Assembly: GCA_965644265.1 (NCBI GenBank)
Contig: OZ286464.1
Location: 94,860,001 to 94,924,000 of the forward strand
Reading direction: 5' to 3'
DNA length: 64,000 nucleotides
DNA from: Glycera tridactyla
Lineage: Eukaryota
The notes under the pieces: generated by a model
What the model was told of the DNA's origin: nothing
Database searches by the model: none
The model's input: the letters and a program-made list of their open reading frames with translations, nothing else
Translations under genes and position numbers: made by a program
Part shown: positions 39,201-51,992 of the stretch, one piece after another
How the letters are laid out: every line of letters begins with the position of its first letter
How positions within the stretch are numbered: position 1 is the stretch's first letter

Positions 39201-42200
39201 TCTATTTTTATAGCAACTAGCTAAATGTCTGAATCACTGAAGGGCCACACTCCCCACCTTTACACAGTCCAGATGGACCCTGCTTTGGTGGGAGTGGTCT
39301 GATTGCGTATTGGTGTGGGAGTGTCTCCCCGCACTGAATCAGGACACAGGTAGGCACCCCCCAAAAAAGTTGTCCTCCTCGTCAAGTTAGGAGTGTAGAT
39401 TTACCCAAGTTTTCTCATATGATACCAGTTTCCCATGAAATGAAAATTGGAATGAGATCATTTTGTCACCTTACATACTTACATTTAAAATTTCACTCCA
39501 CCTACGATACAGACATTCACTCACTGATATGTACTCGCTTCCATTCTTCTCACATTTCCTTTCTTGCACCACTGACCGTCATTTCTCATCACAGATTTCA
39601 TCATTCTCCCTACTGTTGATCAGCATTCCAAGTAGTCTTTCTGTAACCATAACCATAATAATGTTCAGACATTCATCAAGACAATTCAATAGTTCAAGTT
39701 CAATAGTTTTGCAGTCAAGTATGGACAAGTTGTCTCAGAGAGATATGGCCGGTGATTATGGTGTTTCATCCATTTCTTTGTAGACGAAATCCAGTTATCA
39801 ATAATCGGTCCAATAAGATGCATGCATAAGGCCCTCATGCCATAATTGTTCAAGTGGACTTTGTCATACCCCAACATTCCATTCAATATTTCGCCCAAAC
39901 GAGTGGGTCTTGGTTTCTGTTCTGGAGGGATTCCCACCAGTCGAAAAGGCCTGACATACATTTGATGTGTGCTGATCACCCTAATCTTACTTCGAATGCC
40001 ATATTCTGCATGATCTTTGGCTAAAGTTTCCATAAAGAAATGGTCAACCCAAAGTGCGAGAGATCTGACTTCATCAACCCAAGCTGGTCTCCAGAAAATA
40101 GGCACTACCATGATTTCCACTTCCGGGTACAGAAATTCAAGGTGCCTCATGAGATTCAATATTTGAAATGTGATTGATTTGAATCTTGTGAGCTTCTCTT
40201 TCATGATTTGGGCATTTCTTTTTTAGGGATTTCAGTTGTGTAAGTGATGGTTCTGATTTTTGTGTTGAAATTATCCACATCATTACTCCCAATAATTATT
40301 GTGACATAATTAGGGGTGAATCCAATGAGTTTTAGACTGTTTACAGTGTCCCCATATCGATTTCTCTTCCGTTCATCATTGCCGAAACGCCCGTGCATAT
40401 GATCTTGTAATTCAATCCAATTGGATCCACTGAATCCACGATATTTCCAAGTATTTAAGAGTGTTTTCATTTTCCACCATATCGGGCAGATTTTTAATGT
40501 ATCCAGATAGATGTTCGACATGGCTTGCGCCCAATACCAGAACCTCAGGTAGCTCGATTGAAGCAAGTTGATTCCTACGTCGTGACACTGGAAAACGCCC
40601 ACTTTCCCTTTCTACTCGCCGTCTCGCAAGCTGAAGCGCCATTGTTCTTTCGGTCTACAAATAACAACAAATATTTATGTTCAGTGCTAACATTCAGATA
40701 TGGTTTCATGTGTAATTTCATAGATGTTTATTAGTGTCTAGCCGTCTGATTTGACATGTCAGACAGCTGATTACGATAGGGGGTTTCCTAGCAATAATAA
40801 TTGATTTGACTTGTCAGACAGCTGATTACGATAGGGAGTTTCCCAGCTATAATAATTGATGTGACATCATTCTCGTAATGGAGAGGGGATCCCGGTGGTT
40901 CCTCCCGGCACTCCAGCCTTTCATTCCGGATTTCTCTCATTATCAAGATCCAACCACTTAACCACATCCCCGTGTAATCATGTCAATAATCTTACTGGGT
41001 TTTCGTAGCCATCTGTTCTGTCCATTAATCTTCGCGCTTACCAAACATGCCATTTCTGATTTTTATGTTTGCTCAATCGGGAGCACGTTGAACGGGTTCG
41101 GAGATTTGATGCCTGGGGTCAAGGTCGGGTTTGTGGAGTGTTCGATTTTCTCCAGACGCATTGTTTACTCTATCATCCGGTCCTGTTCGAGATGAGTGAC
41201 CACTTTCATCTTTAGATTTGATTTTTGTCTGGTGTCTTTCCATTCTTTTCCAGGAGCTAGGATTAGATTTAGACTAACAATTTGCTCAAAGAGAGTATCA
41301 CTCGTTTCATCTAACTTTGATGGTGGCGAGATAGATTTAGAGGATTCATCAACATGAGAGTTTTGTTCCATCCCTTCCTCCCCATGACTTAAACTTGAAT
41401 TACCCACTTTTGATTGGTCATTTAGTGGTTGTGGATTTCGTCTGTTCTCATTTGGATTTTTCCAATTTCTCCTATGTCTAAAGTCAGGATCTGTGATATT
41501 TTTCGTTTTACTGTTTAAGATTTCAGTCAACTTGTCCAAACTTGGTACCAATATTTTCTGCTCATGAGCACTTCTTGCTATGTAGACTTGACCTTGAGCC
41601 GTCCAGACATTGTGTAGATTGTTGTCGACCTTGGCCTTTCTCGCTTCCTGAAATATGTTGTTTTCAATTTCAGTCAGTTGCTCACGTATGAAGACGGGTG
41701 ACTTCCGGAAAGCAGCCTTTCTTTGTAGGATATCCTTCCTCAGGTTGGGGTCAACAAATTGAACTCTGACCGATCTAACTTTCCCCTGTCTCAGTGCTCC
41801 AAACCGTATCGCCTGTATGATATGTCGCTCAATTATCTGTACGTTGGTATATTCGTTCACTAGCTTTACAATTTGTTCATGGATGAATATATCTCTAACA
41901 TATGGCAATTCATCAAAAATGAGTACAAGCAATCTGTCATTTTTCTTCAGCTGTTCAACATCACATTCCAGTTTCCCCACTCTTGTTGCAACAATCCACG
42001 TTTTTTGTTTTGTTTTGACTTCCCGTTTTTTTCAAGACTTCAATTTCTTTCCTCAACTCGATAGTTGTAGATAGTTCGGCTCTCCATTCTCTCCGATTTT
42101 GATCAAATTTATCTTGAAAGTTGTCAATGATTCGTTTATCAATATACTGTTCACACGTTGATATTGTCTGCTCCTTGACAACCTCACTACATACCGATTT

Positions 42201-43177
42201 AATCTCGTTTTATTTTTGAGTGTTGACTGGATCTCCTGTTTCAAGTCTTTTTGAAACTTCTTTGTTTTCACAAACTCCTGTACCTCTTTCCTGATCTCTT
42301 TGTTTGTTTCTATATGAACTAGCTGCTTCATCTCTTCTTTAAGTTCTAGTATCAGTTCAGTTTTTATTTCTTTCACAACACTTGTTCTCATCTCGCTGTG
42401 AATGATCTCACTCAGATCTTCTCAGAGAGACCTACGTAGTGATACTACGTCAAACAGGGTCAGTTGAGTTGTTGCTGTCAGCTCTTCATCAGTACCACTG
42501 GCAACTGATACATGTTTTTGAATACTCGACCCACTGTGTGATAGCTTGCTATTCGTTAAAGCGTGACCGTTGACTTCGGCAGCAGTTGTCTGCTCACTGG
42601 GACTGCTTTTCACTAATACAGTTTGTGTTAATGTGTCATCGGGACCGGGGTTCCCAAGACCGCCCGGAGTAGCATGTTTATCTTTCTCCCCGCTCATGAT
42701 GTCCTCCTGCCCGCTACTATCGTCTCTCTCTTTACCTTCACACAACGATGTGGCCCCGACAACGTTTCCTTCATGATCGCTAAAGGGATCTGGTGGTTCG
42801 GAATGTTCATCAGAAATTACTTCAACAGATTCTTCCATGCTGCTATTTGATAGGCTTTCATTATCAAGTGCTTGCATGGATTTTGACCTCTCAAAGTCAG
42901 GGTTTGATTCACCAGGTGATAAGACCGAACTCGATCTAGCAATCGTCTGTCCACAATGAGGGGTTAACTGTTTAGGGTCGAATGGGGTCAACTGTGTACC
43001 TGTAATTTCGCCCAGCTTTCCGCCTTTCTGCTTGATTTTACTGTCCATCTTTGGAGTTTCTCGCAAAGTACTCCTTGATTCCCTGCATCAGGCGCTCTTC
43101 ATAACCACTGTTTACATGTGAAAATGTTCACTTTCTTCTCAACTTGTGTGTGCTGCTGTTACTGCGTCTGCGCCATC
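36243..43177 (-). mobile_element. CR1/L2-group LINE 5' part, unit 5 (type B, 183-bp deletion in ORF1): APE 36243-37455, SGNH 39686-40642, ORF1 41165-43088
   Basis: Near-identical to unit 2 apart from the deletion at 42057. Confidence 0.8.
39686..40642 (-). pseudogene. SGNH hydrolase ORF, frameshifted
   Basis: GASH, GSND and DKVH blocks. Confidence 0.8.
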
Positions 43178-44881
43178 GATCTTGGTGTCGATGATCACTG
43201 TGAAAGCAGGATAAAATTTCAGATTGATTTGGCAGCAACAGGCAACACCATCCAACTGGGGACACTCAGACAGGTGACCGACCCATACCACCCGTTTGGT
43301 GGCATGAAGCCAACAAACTCGAGTATTAAAAAGTACAATGGTGACATCACCCAGCCAGTGGGCACAATCGACCTGAAATGCAGCCGAAATGGGACAACAA
43401 ACACCCTCCGTTTCCAGGTTGTCGGCGGGCCGGAATTCAAGGACAAGCCACCATTGCTTAGTGGTTCAGACTGTGTGTTGGTTGGGATTTTGAGAGTTGA
43501 TGCCGATGAAATTAGGTCAATCGATGTCAATCAGATTGATGGGCCTCTGACAGAGCATGCCATTAAACAGAACTTCAAAGATGTCTTTACTGGGCTGGGT
43601 TGCATTGGTGAACCCGTACATCTGCAACTCGATTCCAAAATCCAGCCAGTTCAAGCTGGTGTTCGACGATATCCCTTGAACAAAAGTGAACGTATTTTCT
43701 CAATGAGTCGGCGCGATGATCGATGAGGGCTATTTAGCACTGCTGACTGAACCAACCCCCTGGTGTTCTCCCATGACCGCTCTGGAAAGGCCAGACAAAC
43801 CTAATCATCCCATACGAATCTGTATGGATCCAGGTAGGACATCGAATCTAGCCATACAATGACCAGTTTACCCAATGCCGACGTTGGAGGAGAACCTACA
43901 TAGGCTGGTGAATGCTAAATGCTTCACTCTCGCCGACGCTCTTGTTGGTTTCAGTCAAGTTCCCATGGACTATGAGTCCAGTTTGCTGACAGCAATGCAC
44001 ACACCTCTAGGACGTGTCAGGTGGTTGAGGTTGCCATTTAGCATCAGCTCAGCACTGGAGGAATTTCAACGGAGACAGCATTAAGTTCTTGATGGACTGC
44101 AGGGTGTGATCAACGTGGCTGACAACATACTAATATTTGGCAAAGGAGACACCTTCGAGCAGGCGACACTCGATCACGATGCAAACCTTCTTGCTTTACT
44201 GATGCGATGCCTGAACAAACATAAAACTGAATCCAAAGAAACTGAGATTCAAGTTGAGGTCGGTTTCACTCATGGGACACACAATCGCAGATCAGGGCTT
44301 GGCTCCTGATGACTCAAAATTGGAGGCCATCCGTAGTTAACCCAGCATCTGATCGGCATGTGCAATTTCCTGTCGCAATATTTACCCAAGCTGAGTGATG
44401 TAAGCGCTCCACTCCGTGCGGTCAGCCATCCAAATGCAGAATATTGCTGGTCCCCAACCCAGCAGCTGGCTTTCGACAAAATCAAAGAACTTCTCACATC
44501 AGCCCCAGTGCTCCAGTTCTACGATCCCGCCCTTATAGTGACACTGCAGGTAGATGCATCAGAGAAGGGCCTCGGTGCTTCTCTCCTGCCGAAAGCACCA
44601 TGTGGCTAGCCGACACTCTGTCAAGAGCCCCATTGCCGCGTTCACACCAGTCAGACAGAGTTTTTGCAATATTTGCTGCTGACATACAAAGCACAGAACA
44701 CAGGCCTGCCAGGGTGCTGGATGAGATATTCACTCAGATCAAATCAGCTACAGCCTGAGATCCGGTCTTATCTCACCTGGTCCCATACATTGTCCATGGA
44801 TGGCCAGATAAGAAGTCACAAGTTCCACCCTAGGTGGCGCAGTCTTGGAACTACCGTTCTGAACTGATCATCGATGAGGGA
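43178..44881 (+). mobile_element. Ty3/Gypsy pol fragment, degenerate
   Basis: Same motifs as 8135-9838. Confidence 0.9.
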
Positions 44882-46740
44882 GCTGTCTGTCTTGCCATTT
44901 ATGTTTTGTATATTTGACTTATCTTTATTTGAGGACCAGAACTTGCGTATGGTTTTCCATAGTCCTTTCGGATTTCCTTCGTTTTCCATGAGCTTATTTT
45001 GTAAATAGGTACGCTGTAAATGCATCTTGAGTTTTTTAACTTCTTTTTGTAATTCAGACTTGCGTTGACAGTTTTCTTCACTAGGATCTAATCTCTTGAT
45101 TTTACTAGCCTTCTCTCTCTCATCAATCAAGCAATGATACTCTCCTGTCATCCACCCAGGGCAGTTTTCTCCAACTCGTACTCGTTTCATCAGAATGTTT
45201 TCATCGAAAATAGGCTGTAAATCACTGTACAATATTTCCAAGGCTTCATATACATTTTCTGTCGCAAAATAAGTATCCCAGTCGAGTGCTTCAATTTCAT
45301 TGGACAATATTCGCATTTCTGTAATTTCTAAAATTCAGATAATGATGTTTACGTTCAATTTTTATTTGTTTACGAACAGTGAATATCAATGCATGATCTG
45401 ATATGCCTAGATCTATTGTCCCACTTCTTGCATACAAGTCCGTGTTTGTTACCATGATATGGTCAATACGAGTTTTTGACCTTTCAGTTATTCTCGTGGG
45501 AGACTTTTTCGTTTGTACCAACCCGTTTGATTCAATAAAATCATTTAAATTTGTTTTCAATCTATTGTTAGCAAGCATATCAATATTTGTATCGCCTAGG
45601 AAAATTGAATCGTGGGCTGATGAAAAACAAATATCATTATACTTATTTTCAAGAAGATCAAGGGCGTTGGAGACACTGCCATCAGGTGGTCGGTATAAAC
45701 CGCAAATATATGTTGGTTTCGTGTCCTTCAGGTTGAGGCGAAACCACATGTATTCTATATCAGGAGTACATAGTGACCAGTTTGACAAATAATCAACGTT
45801 TCTGGTATTTTTTACGTAAGCCAATAAGCCTCCACCTCCTCTTTTGCCTTGACCCAAGTCTCGATCAAACCTGTACATTGTATATTCTATACTGATGAGT
45901 AGGGGGGGGAGTGTTTTTGTAATGAGGGGGTTTGGTTTTGTGTAATTAGTAATTTATGGAGATACCAAATATTTATATTTCTAATGGGGGTTTCTTTAGA
46001 TACCGATGTTGATTGATATAGTGTTTGAACAACCTCAACGGATAACCCTTTCTGTCCCAATGATTCAGTGAAAGTCCAGTCTCGGAAAGGCCACCTTTGG
46101 AATAGGCGTCAATCAGAAGATTGAATCTCACCGTTGTCTCAGGACTCGTTAGCGGTTAGAATAAGGACCTCCGGCCTAGCTAAAAGTCGAAATTCCCTAC
46201 TCTGCTAACCTCCGAGCAACTGTACTGATATTGTATGTTGCACCCCGCGTGTTCACTTGGGAACGCAGTCAGCTCTGGTCCAAGGATCCTATAGTCAACC
46301 AACGAACGTTGATGGAGATTGAGGACCCTTGCAACCACCTGTAAGTGCTGGTTGCTCCTTGTGGCTAGTTTATCCGTCCGTCTGTCCGTCAATTAGTCTA
46401 CGTCCAGTCCAGAGTATCCCGTTGATATTATTATAATAACTCTATCAATCAATCACAAATGCTTTTGGGGTATAAATAAAACAAACTCGCTTTGGCTAGC
46501 TTTAGAATTAGTTGAGTCCGGAAACACCAACTAAGTGAGGCAGGGGCAGGTAGAACCCACGGATAATGCTTCTAACAATCTCCCAACTATACAAAGAAGT
46601 GAGCTGACTCAGCCTAAGCAATAGACACCAAGTACTGATCAAGTACAATCCAACGAACTCACAAGCAATCAACTAAGTCCTAAGCAGATCACAACTAAGC
46701 CTTACTGGAAGCTACTTGATACAGTGACTGTCTGTGCTTT

Positions 46741-47226
46741 CTAGCGACTATTTGATCTAAGATGTGTGTCAAGAATCTGATGGATGCGTGTAGCCCACTT
46801 AATGAGGCCCAGCAATGTTTGATGTACTACACGTCGCTCTTCACTAGCTAGTGTATGTTTGTGCGTCTGGCGGTGATAAGTATACTGACTGTGTGTGTTC
46901 CTCTGATGTGGTACTCCAAAATGTGTGTATGGGTAATAAGTGTATCCGCTGTGTGTACTCAAATTGTGCGTGCGTCCGATGTGCGTGCGCTGATTGTGCG
47001 TGCGTCCGATGTGCGTGCTCTGACTGTGCGTGCATCCCTCCTGCGTGCGCTGGTTGTGCGTGGCTGGTAGGTCCGTGCGCTTGGCTCGTAAACACTCCGG
47101 ATACGTGCAGTTAACGTGAGTAGGTTCGCTGATCAGCTGCGGCTTGTGCGTGCGTGCACACGGCGGCTGCTGGCTGTGCTTGCGCTGATTGTGTTTGCGC
47201 TGACTGTGTTTGCGTCCACCAGGCAT
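46741..47226 (-). CDS. Hypothetical 161-aa His/Thr/Arg-rich protein with xTHxx/RKHxQ pentapeptide repeats
   Basis: Uninterrupted ORF from ATG 47226 (MPGGRKHSQRKHNQ...), built on 15-bp repeats and preceded by a TATA box. No homology recognised. Confidence 0.35.
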   Translation of the reverse strand: MPGGRKHSQRKHNQRKHSQQPPCARTHKPQLISEPTHVNCTYPECLRAKRTDLPATHNQRTQEGCTHSQSTHIGRTHNQRTHIGRTHNLSTHSGYTYYPYTHFGVPHQRNTHSQYTYHRQTHKHTLASEERRVVHQTLLGLIKWATRIHQILDTHLRSNSR

Positions 47227-47404
47227 TCGAAAATTCGTAAAATCCAAATAAATGCTGTGGAGAGTCGGTGGCGGCTTCTTCTTCTATCTCGATAGGCGCA
47301 CGATGGTAATCCTCGATGTTCTAGGAGTGGCGTCGATCGTCTCTTCAATACGGTTGGAATACGCAAGATGTTCTATGCTTAAACATCCCGTGGAGCTCGC
47401 TTTT

Positions 47405-47530
47405 GCGACCCCTTTTATAGTGCATGTCCGCGGTATTGCACCATCATTGGAAATCCCAAAATCAAATATGGAATTATTACTTCCGTTTGACTGGCCGGAC
47501 TGTCCATGATGTCATTAAGAACCAATCAGT
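47405..47530 (-). promoter_or_regulatory. Putative Pol II promoter inside the insertion
   Basis: TATAAAAG on the - strand at 47419-47412; ETS-like ACTTCCG near 47480, CRE-like TGATGTCA near 47508, CCAATCAG near 47523. Confidence 0.4.
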
Positions 47531-50511
47531 GGCTAGTCTCGCGGTTTCTCGGATCTTATCGGATCCCTGGCCTCGAACAGGGGTTAGGGTGAATCCCTTA
47601 AGTGCCCCTGCGGCCGGTATTGATTTATGTGATTTATGTAACTTTGACAGAAATGTTACTATTAATAGTAGATCTGCGCCTCGGCGTGCCAGGCCGTGCC
47701 TGGTACACCGAACCCTGATCCTACAACCCCTTGTTACCCTATTCCCGTTAATGGGTTGTGATAACGAGGCTGTGGTCAGTAACGGCTCCATCTGACGGAA
47801 AATATGTGGAACATTATGTCAAAGTCGCCCATATATCAAGAGTCGAGGGTTCATGACCCCTATAGTTACCCTGCATTCGGTTGGTCAAATATGCGCGGGG
47901 TAGGTTGTGTAGGCCGGTGCCTGTTGCTCTGTAAACCGCGCATCAATGAATTATGAAATGGTCAGTTGCCTGGATACTTGCAGTGCGAAGGTCGGTTGGT
48001 GGTCGCGTGCCTGTGTAAATGATCATTAGTGTTATTGTAGCTATGGTACCGGTTGTCAGCCGTGGTACATGGCTATATAAAATATAATCAGTAATATAAT
48101 CCCAGGTCTGAAATACTACTATTTAAAAAGCTTTCACCAAGTTTTATCATATCAATATTGCTCCTAAATAAGAATACCCTCACCTCTTCTATTTTTCGAA
48201 TCACACTACAGATATTCAAGTAAGCAATTTTGATGCCAGGAATACCTCTAAATTCTTGTGAAGATTCTAGGTTTAGTTCCATGAGTAGTTTTTGGTGATA
48301 CTGCACCTTGTTAGTAACTTAGTAGTAGATTTATGAAGTACAACTGCCGATGAGAGGTTACCAAATGATAAAGAAAAATAATATTTTCAGCTTAATCTAC
48401 TCATAAGATGATGTGGAAGAAATCAGTCCACAGTTTTAATCTTTCTTTTTGTGTGGTATGATAAGAATATCCCATCTTTAAGGAGATAAATGTTTGTTGA
48501 TGGAAAAATTTTGACAGTGATTCACTTACTGACACAAGAGCAGGAATATTTCTATAGTTTTAGCAATTTGCATATTACATGCTGAATTCCACTCGAAATA
48601 ACAAATTTTAAGAACACATAATGCAGAGATAAAATAAAGAAAAATACAATATAATATATGGACGACAAGAAACAATGGGAGCAAGATCATAGCTTCTTTT
48701 CAATTTTCAAATTTCAAACATAAATAAATGAGATCATACACTGTTTCAGTTTTCCTAATCCTTGCAAATACTACAGCAAAATAATAGTCCAAAAAATTCA
48801 GAATTTTTACAATGATGGTAATTTGATGCCCAAGTCAACCCTCCATCTTAATTAAAGTTGAATTGAACAAATGTAATAACTAATTTTCAATTTCACTGAA
48901 ATGTAAAATAAATGGGATTTTATAATTGATATTGCTCATGTCAGATCTGAAGCATTTATCCCTGTAGCCAGATCATCTCTTAAAACAGAAACATAATAAA
49001 TAAATAATGGCCATCTCAGGGCTTTCTTGTCATACAATTTTAAGTTAAAGCAATCAAAGTCATACATAAGCAAAACAGAAACAAAACAATCCTATCAGTA
49101 TCATAGCTGTTTAGGTCAAATGGTAAGCCATCTAGGAACAGCTTATTTTCATCTGTTGAAATGAGAGTTGAGACCAATCACAAGACATCTGTGGGTCAGT
49201 TTCACATTTATTTTCAGTTTTGATTTTAATTTTTACATTTAAGTTAAAGTATCTGAGTCATCGAGGAGCCACACTCCCCATCTCCACCCAACACAGATGG
49301 ACCCTAATTTGGTGGGAGTGGTCTGGTTGGGTGTTAATGTAGGAGTATCTCCCCGCGATGAGTCCGGACTTAGGTAGTCACCATATATAGGTATGCACTT
49401 CAAGTTCCACAAGTCAAAGTGTGAAATGGATGAAGTTCTATAATTACCATTGCTCCTGTCGGATCTGAGGCATTTATCTCTGTAGCCAAATCATCTCTTA
49501 TACATAAACCTAATAATAATAATAATCATCCCATAGTTTTCATGTCAAGTTAAAGCTAAATCAATCAAAACCATACAAAAGCAAAATAGAAACAAAACAA
49601 ATCCTATCAGTATCATAGTTGTTGAGGTGAGTTGCCAAGCCATCAAGAACGAGCTTGTTTTCAAACTGTTGAAGTGAGAGTTGAGGTCAATTTCACAACA
49701 ACCAAAAATGAAATTTGCAATTTAATTTTAATTTTCTTTTCTAAATTTAAGTTTAAGTTTAAGTGACTGAGTCATCGAGGAGTCACACTCCCTACCCCCA
49801 CACAATACAGATGGACCCTGAATTGGTGGAAGTGGTTTGCCTGAGTGTTAATGTGGAAGTATTTCACCACGATGAACTAGGACTTTGATAATCACCGTAT
49901 ATAAATATGCACTTCAAGTTCCACAAATCAAGATGATTGACTGTTGGCGAGACTTTCACCTGATATTCACTAGTGGCAATATGCGTTTTGAATTAAATAG
50001 TTTGATATCACATCAATATATTACTTTCTATTTTTATAGCAACTAGCTAAATGTCTGAATCACTGAAGGGCCACACTCCCCACCTTTACACAGTCCAGAT
50101 GGACCCTGCTTTGGTGGGAGTGGTCTGATTGCGTATTGGTGTGGGAGTGTCTCCCCGCACTGAATCAGGACACAGGTAGGCACCCCCCAAATAAGTTGTC
50201 CTCCTCGTCAAGTTAGGAGTGTAGATTTACCCAAGTTTTCTCATATGATACCAGTTTCCCATGAAATGAAAATTGGAATGCGATCATTTTGTCACCTTAC
50301 ATACTTACATTTAAAATTTCACTCCACCTACGATACAGACATTCACTCACTGATATATACTCGCTTCCATTCTTCTCACATTTCCTTTTTTGCACCACTG
50401 ACCGTCAATTCTCATCACAGATTTCATCATTCTCCCTACTGTTGATCAGCATTCCAAGTAGTCTTTCTGTAACCATAACCATAATAATGTTCAGACATTC
50501 ATCAAGACAAT

Positions 50512-51468
50512 TCAATAGTTCAAGTTCAATAGTTTTGCAGTCAAGTATGGACAAGTTGTCTCAGAGAGATATGGCCGGTGATTATGGTGTTTCATCCATT
50601 TCTTTGTAGACGAAATCCAGTTATCAATAATTGGTTCAATAAGATGCATGCATAAGGCCCTCATGCCATAATTGTTCAAGTGAACTTTGTCATACCCCAA
50701 CATTCCATTCAATATTCCGCCCAAACGAGTGGGTCTTGGTTTCTGTTCTGCAGGGATTCCCACCAGTTGAAAAGGCCTGACATACATTTGATGTGTGCTG
50801 ATCACCCTAATCTTACTTTGAATGCCATATTCTGCATGATCTTTGGCTAAAGTTTCCATAAAGAAATGGTCAACCCAAAGTGCGAGAGATCTGGCTTCAT
50901 CAACCCAAGCTGGTCTCCAGAAAATAGGCACTACCATGATTTTCACTTCCGGGTATAGAAATTCAAGGTGCCTCATGAGATTCAATATTTGAAATGTGAT
51001 TGATTTGAATCTTGTGAGCTTCTCTTTCATGATTTGGGCATTTCTTTTTTAGGGATTTCTAGTTGTGTAAGTGATGGTCCTGATTTTTGTGTTGAAATTA
51101 TCCACATCATTACTCCCAATAATTATTGTGACATAATTAGGGGTGAATCCAATGAGTTTTAGACTGTTTACAGTGTCCCCATATCGATTTCTCTTCCGTT
51201 CATCATTGCCGAAACGCCCGTGCATATGATCTTGTAATGCAATCCATTTAGATCCACTGAATCCACGATATTTCCTAGTATTTAAGAGTGTTTTCATTTC
51301 CACCGTATCGGGCAGATTATTAACGTATCCAGATAGATGTTCGACATGGCTTGCGCCCAATACCAGAACCTCAGGTAGCTTGATTGAAGCAAGTTGATTC
51401 CTACGTCGTGACACTGGAAAACGCCCACTTTCTACTTCTACTCGCCGTCTCGCAAGCTGAAGCGCCAT
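50512..51468 (-). pseudogene. SGNH hydrolase ORF, best-preserved copy: one frame of 318 codon positions with a single internal TAA (51051-51049)
   Basis: The 139-aa and 172-aa track ORFs are in the same frame, separated by the stop plus 6 codons (KRNAQI). All four SGNH blocks are present. Confidence 0.85.
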
Positions 51469-51992
51469 TGTTCCTTCGGTCTACAAATAACAACAAATAT
51501 TTATGTTCAGTGCTAACATTCAGATATGGTTTCATGTGTAATTTCATAGATGTTTATTAGTGTCTAGCCGTCTGATTTGACATGTCAGACAGCTGATTAC
51601 GATAGGGGGTTTCCCAGCAATAATAATTGATTTGACTTGTCAGACAGCTGATTACGATAGGGAGTTTCCCAGCTATAATAATTGATGTGACGTCATTCTC
51701 GTAACGGAGAGGGGATCCCGGTGGTTCCTCCCGGCACTCCAGGCATTTCATTCCGGATTTCTCTCATTATCAAGATCCAACCGCTTAACCACATCCCCGT
51801 GTAATCATGTCAATAATCTTACCGGGTTTTCGTAGCCATCTGTTCTGTCCATTAATATTGTCGCGCTTACCAAACATGCCATTTCTGATTTTTATGTTTG
51901 CTCAATCAGGAGCACGTTGAACGGGTTCGGAGATTTGATGCCTGGGGTCAAGGTCGGGTTGTGGAGTGTTCGATTTTCTCCAGACGCATTGT

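Larger units (their letters stand above)
45885..48082. mobile_element. 2,198-bp unclassified insertion flanked by TATA direct repeats
   Basis: The empty site in units 1-5 is cattgTATAatcag. Here TATA lies at 45881-45884 and 48083-48086. No transposase, RT or TG...CA ends recognised. Confidence 0.85.

Noticed and set aside
1-44868. Array as a pure assembly artefact
   Set aside because: Units differ by many patterned SNPs and indels, including a private 183-bp deletion. Exact copy number still needs long-read confirmation.
45892-45899. CTGATGAG at the insertion end as a hammerhead core (Penelope-like pLTR)
   Set aside because: No stem II and no downstream GAAA at a suitable distance.
46851-47114. 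Plus-strand Cys-rich ORF (CACVRCACAD...) as a metallothionein
   Set aside because: Starts at GTG just after an in-frame stop with no ATG; the Cys pattern follows automatically from the TG-rich 15-mer.
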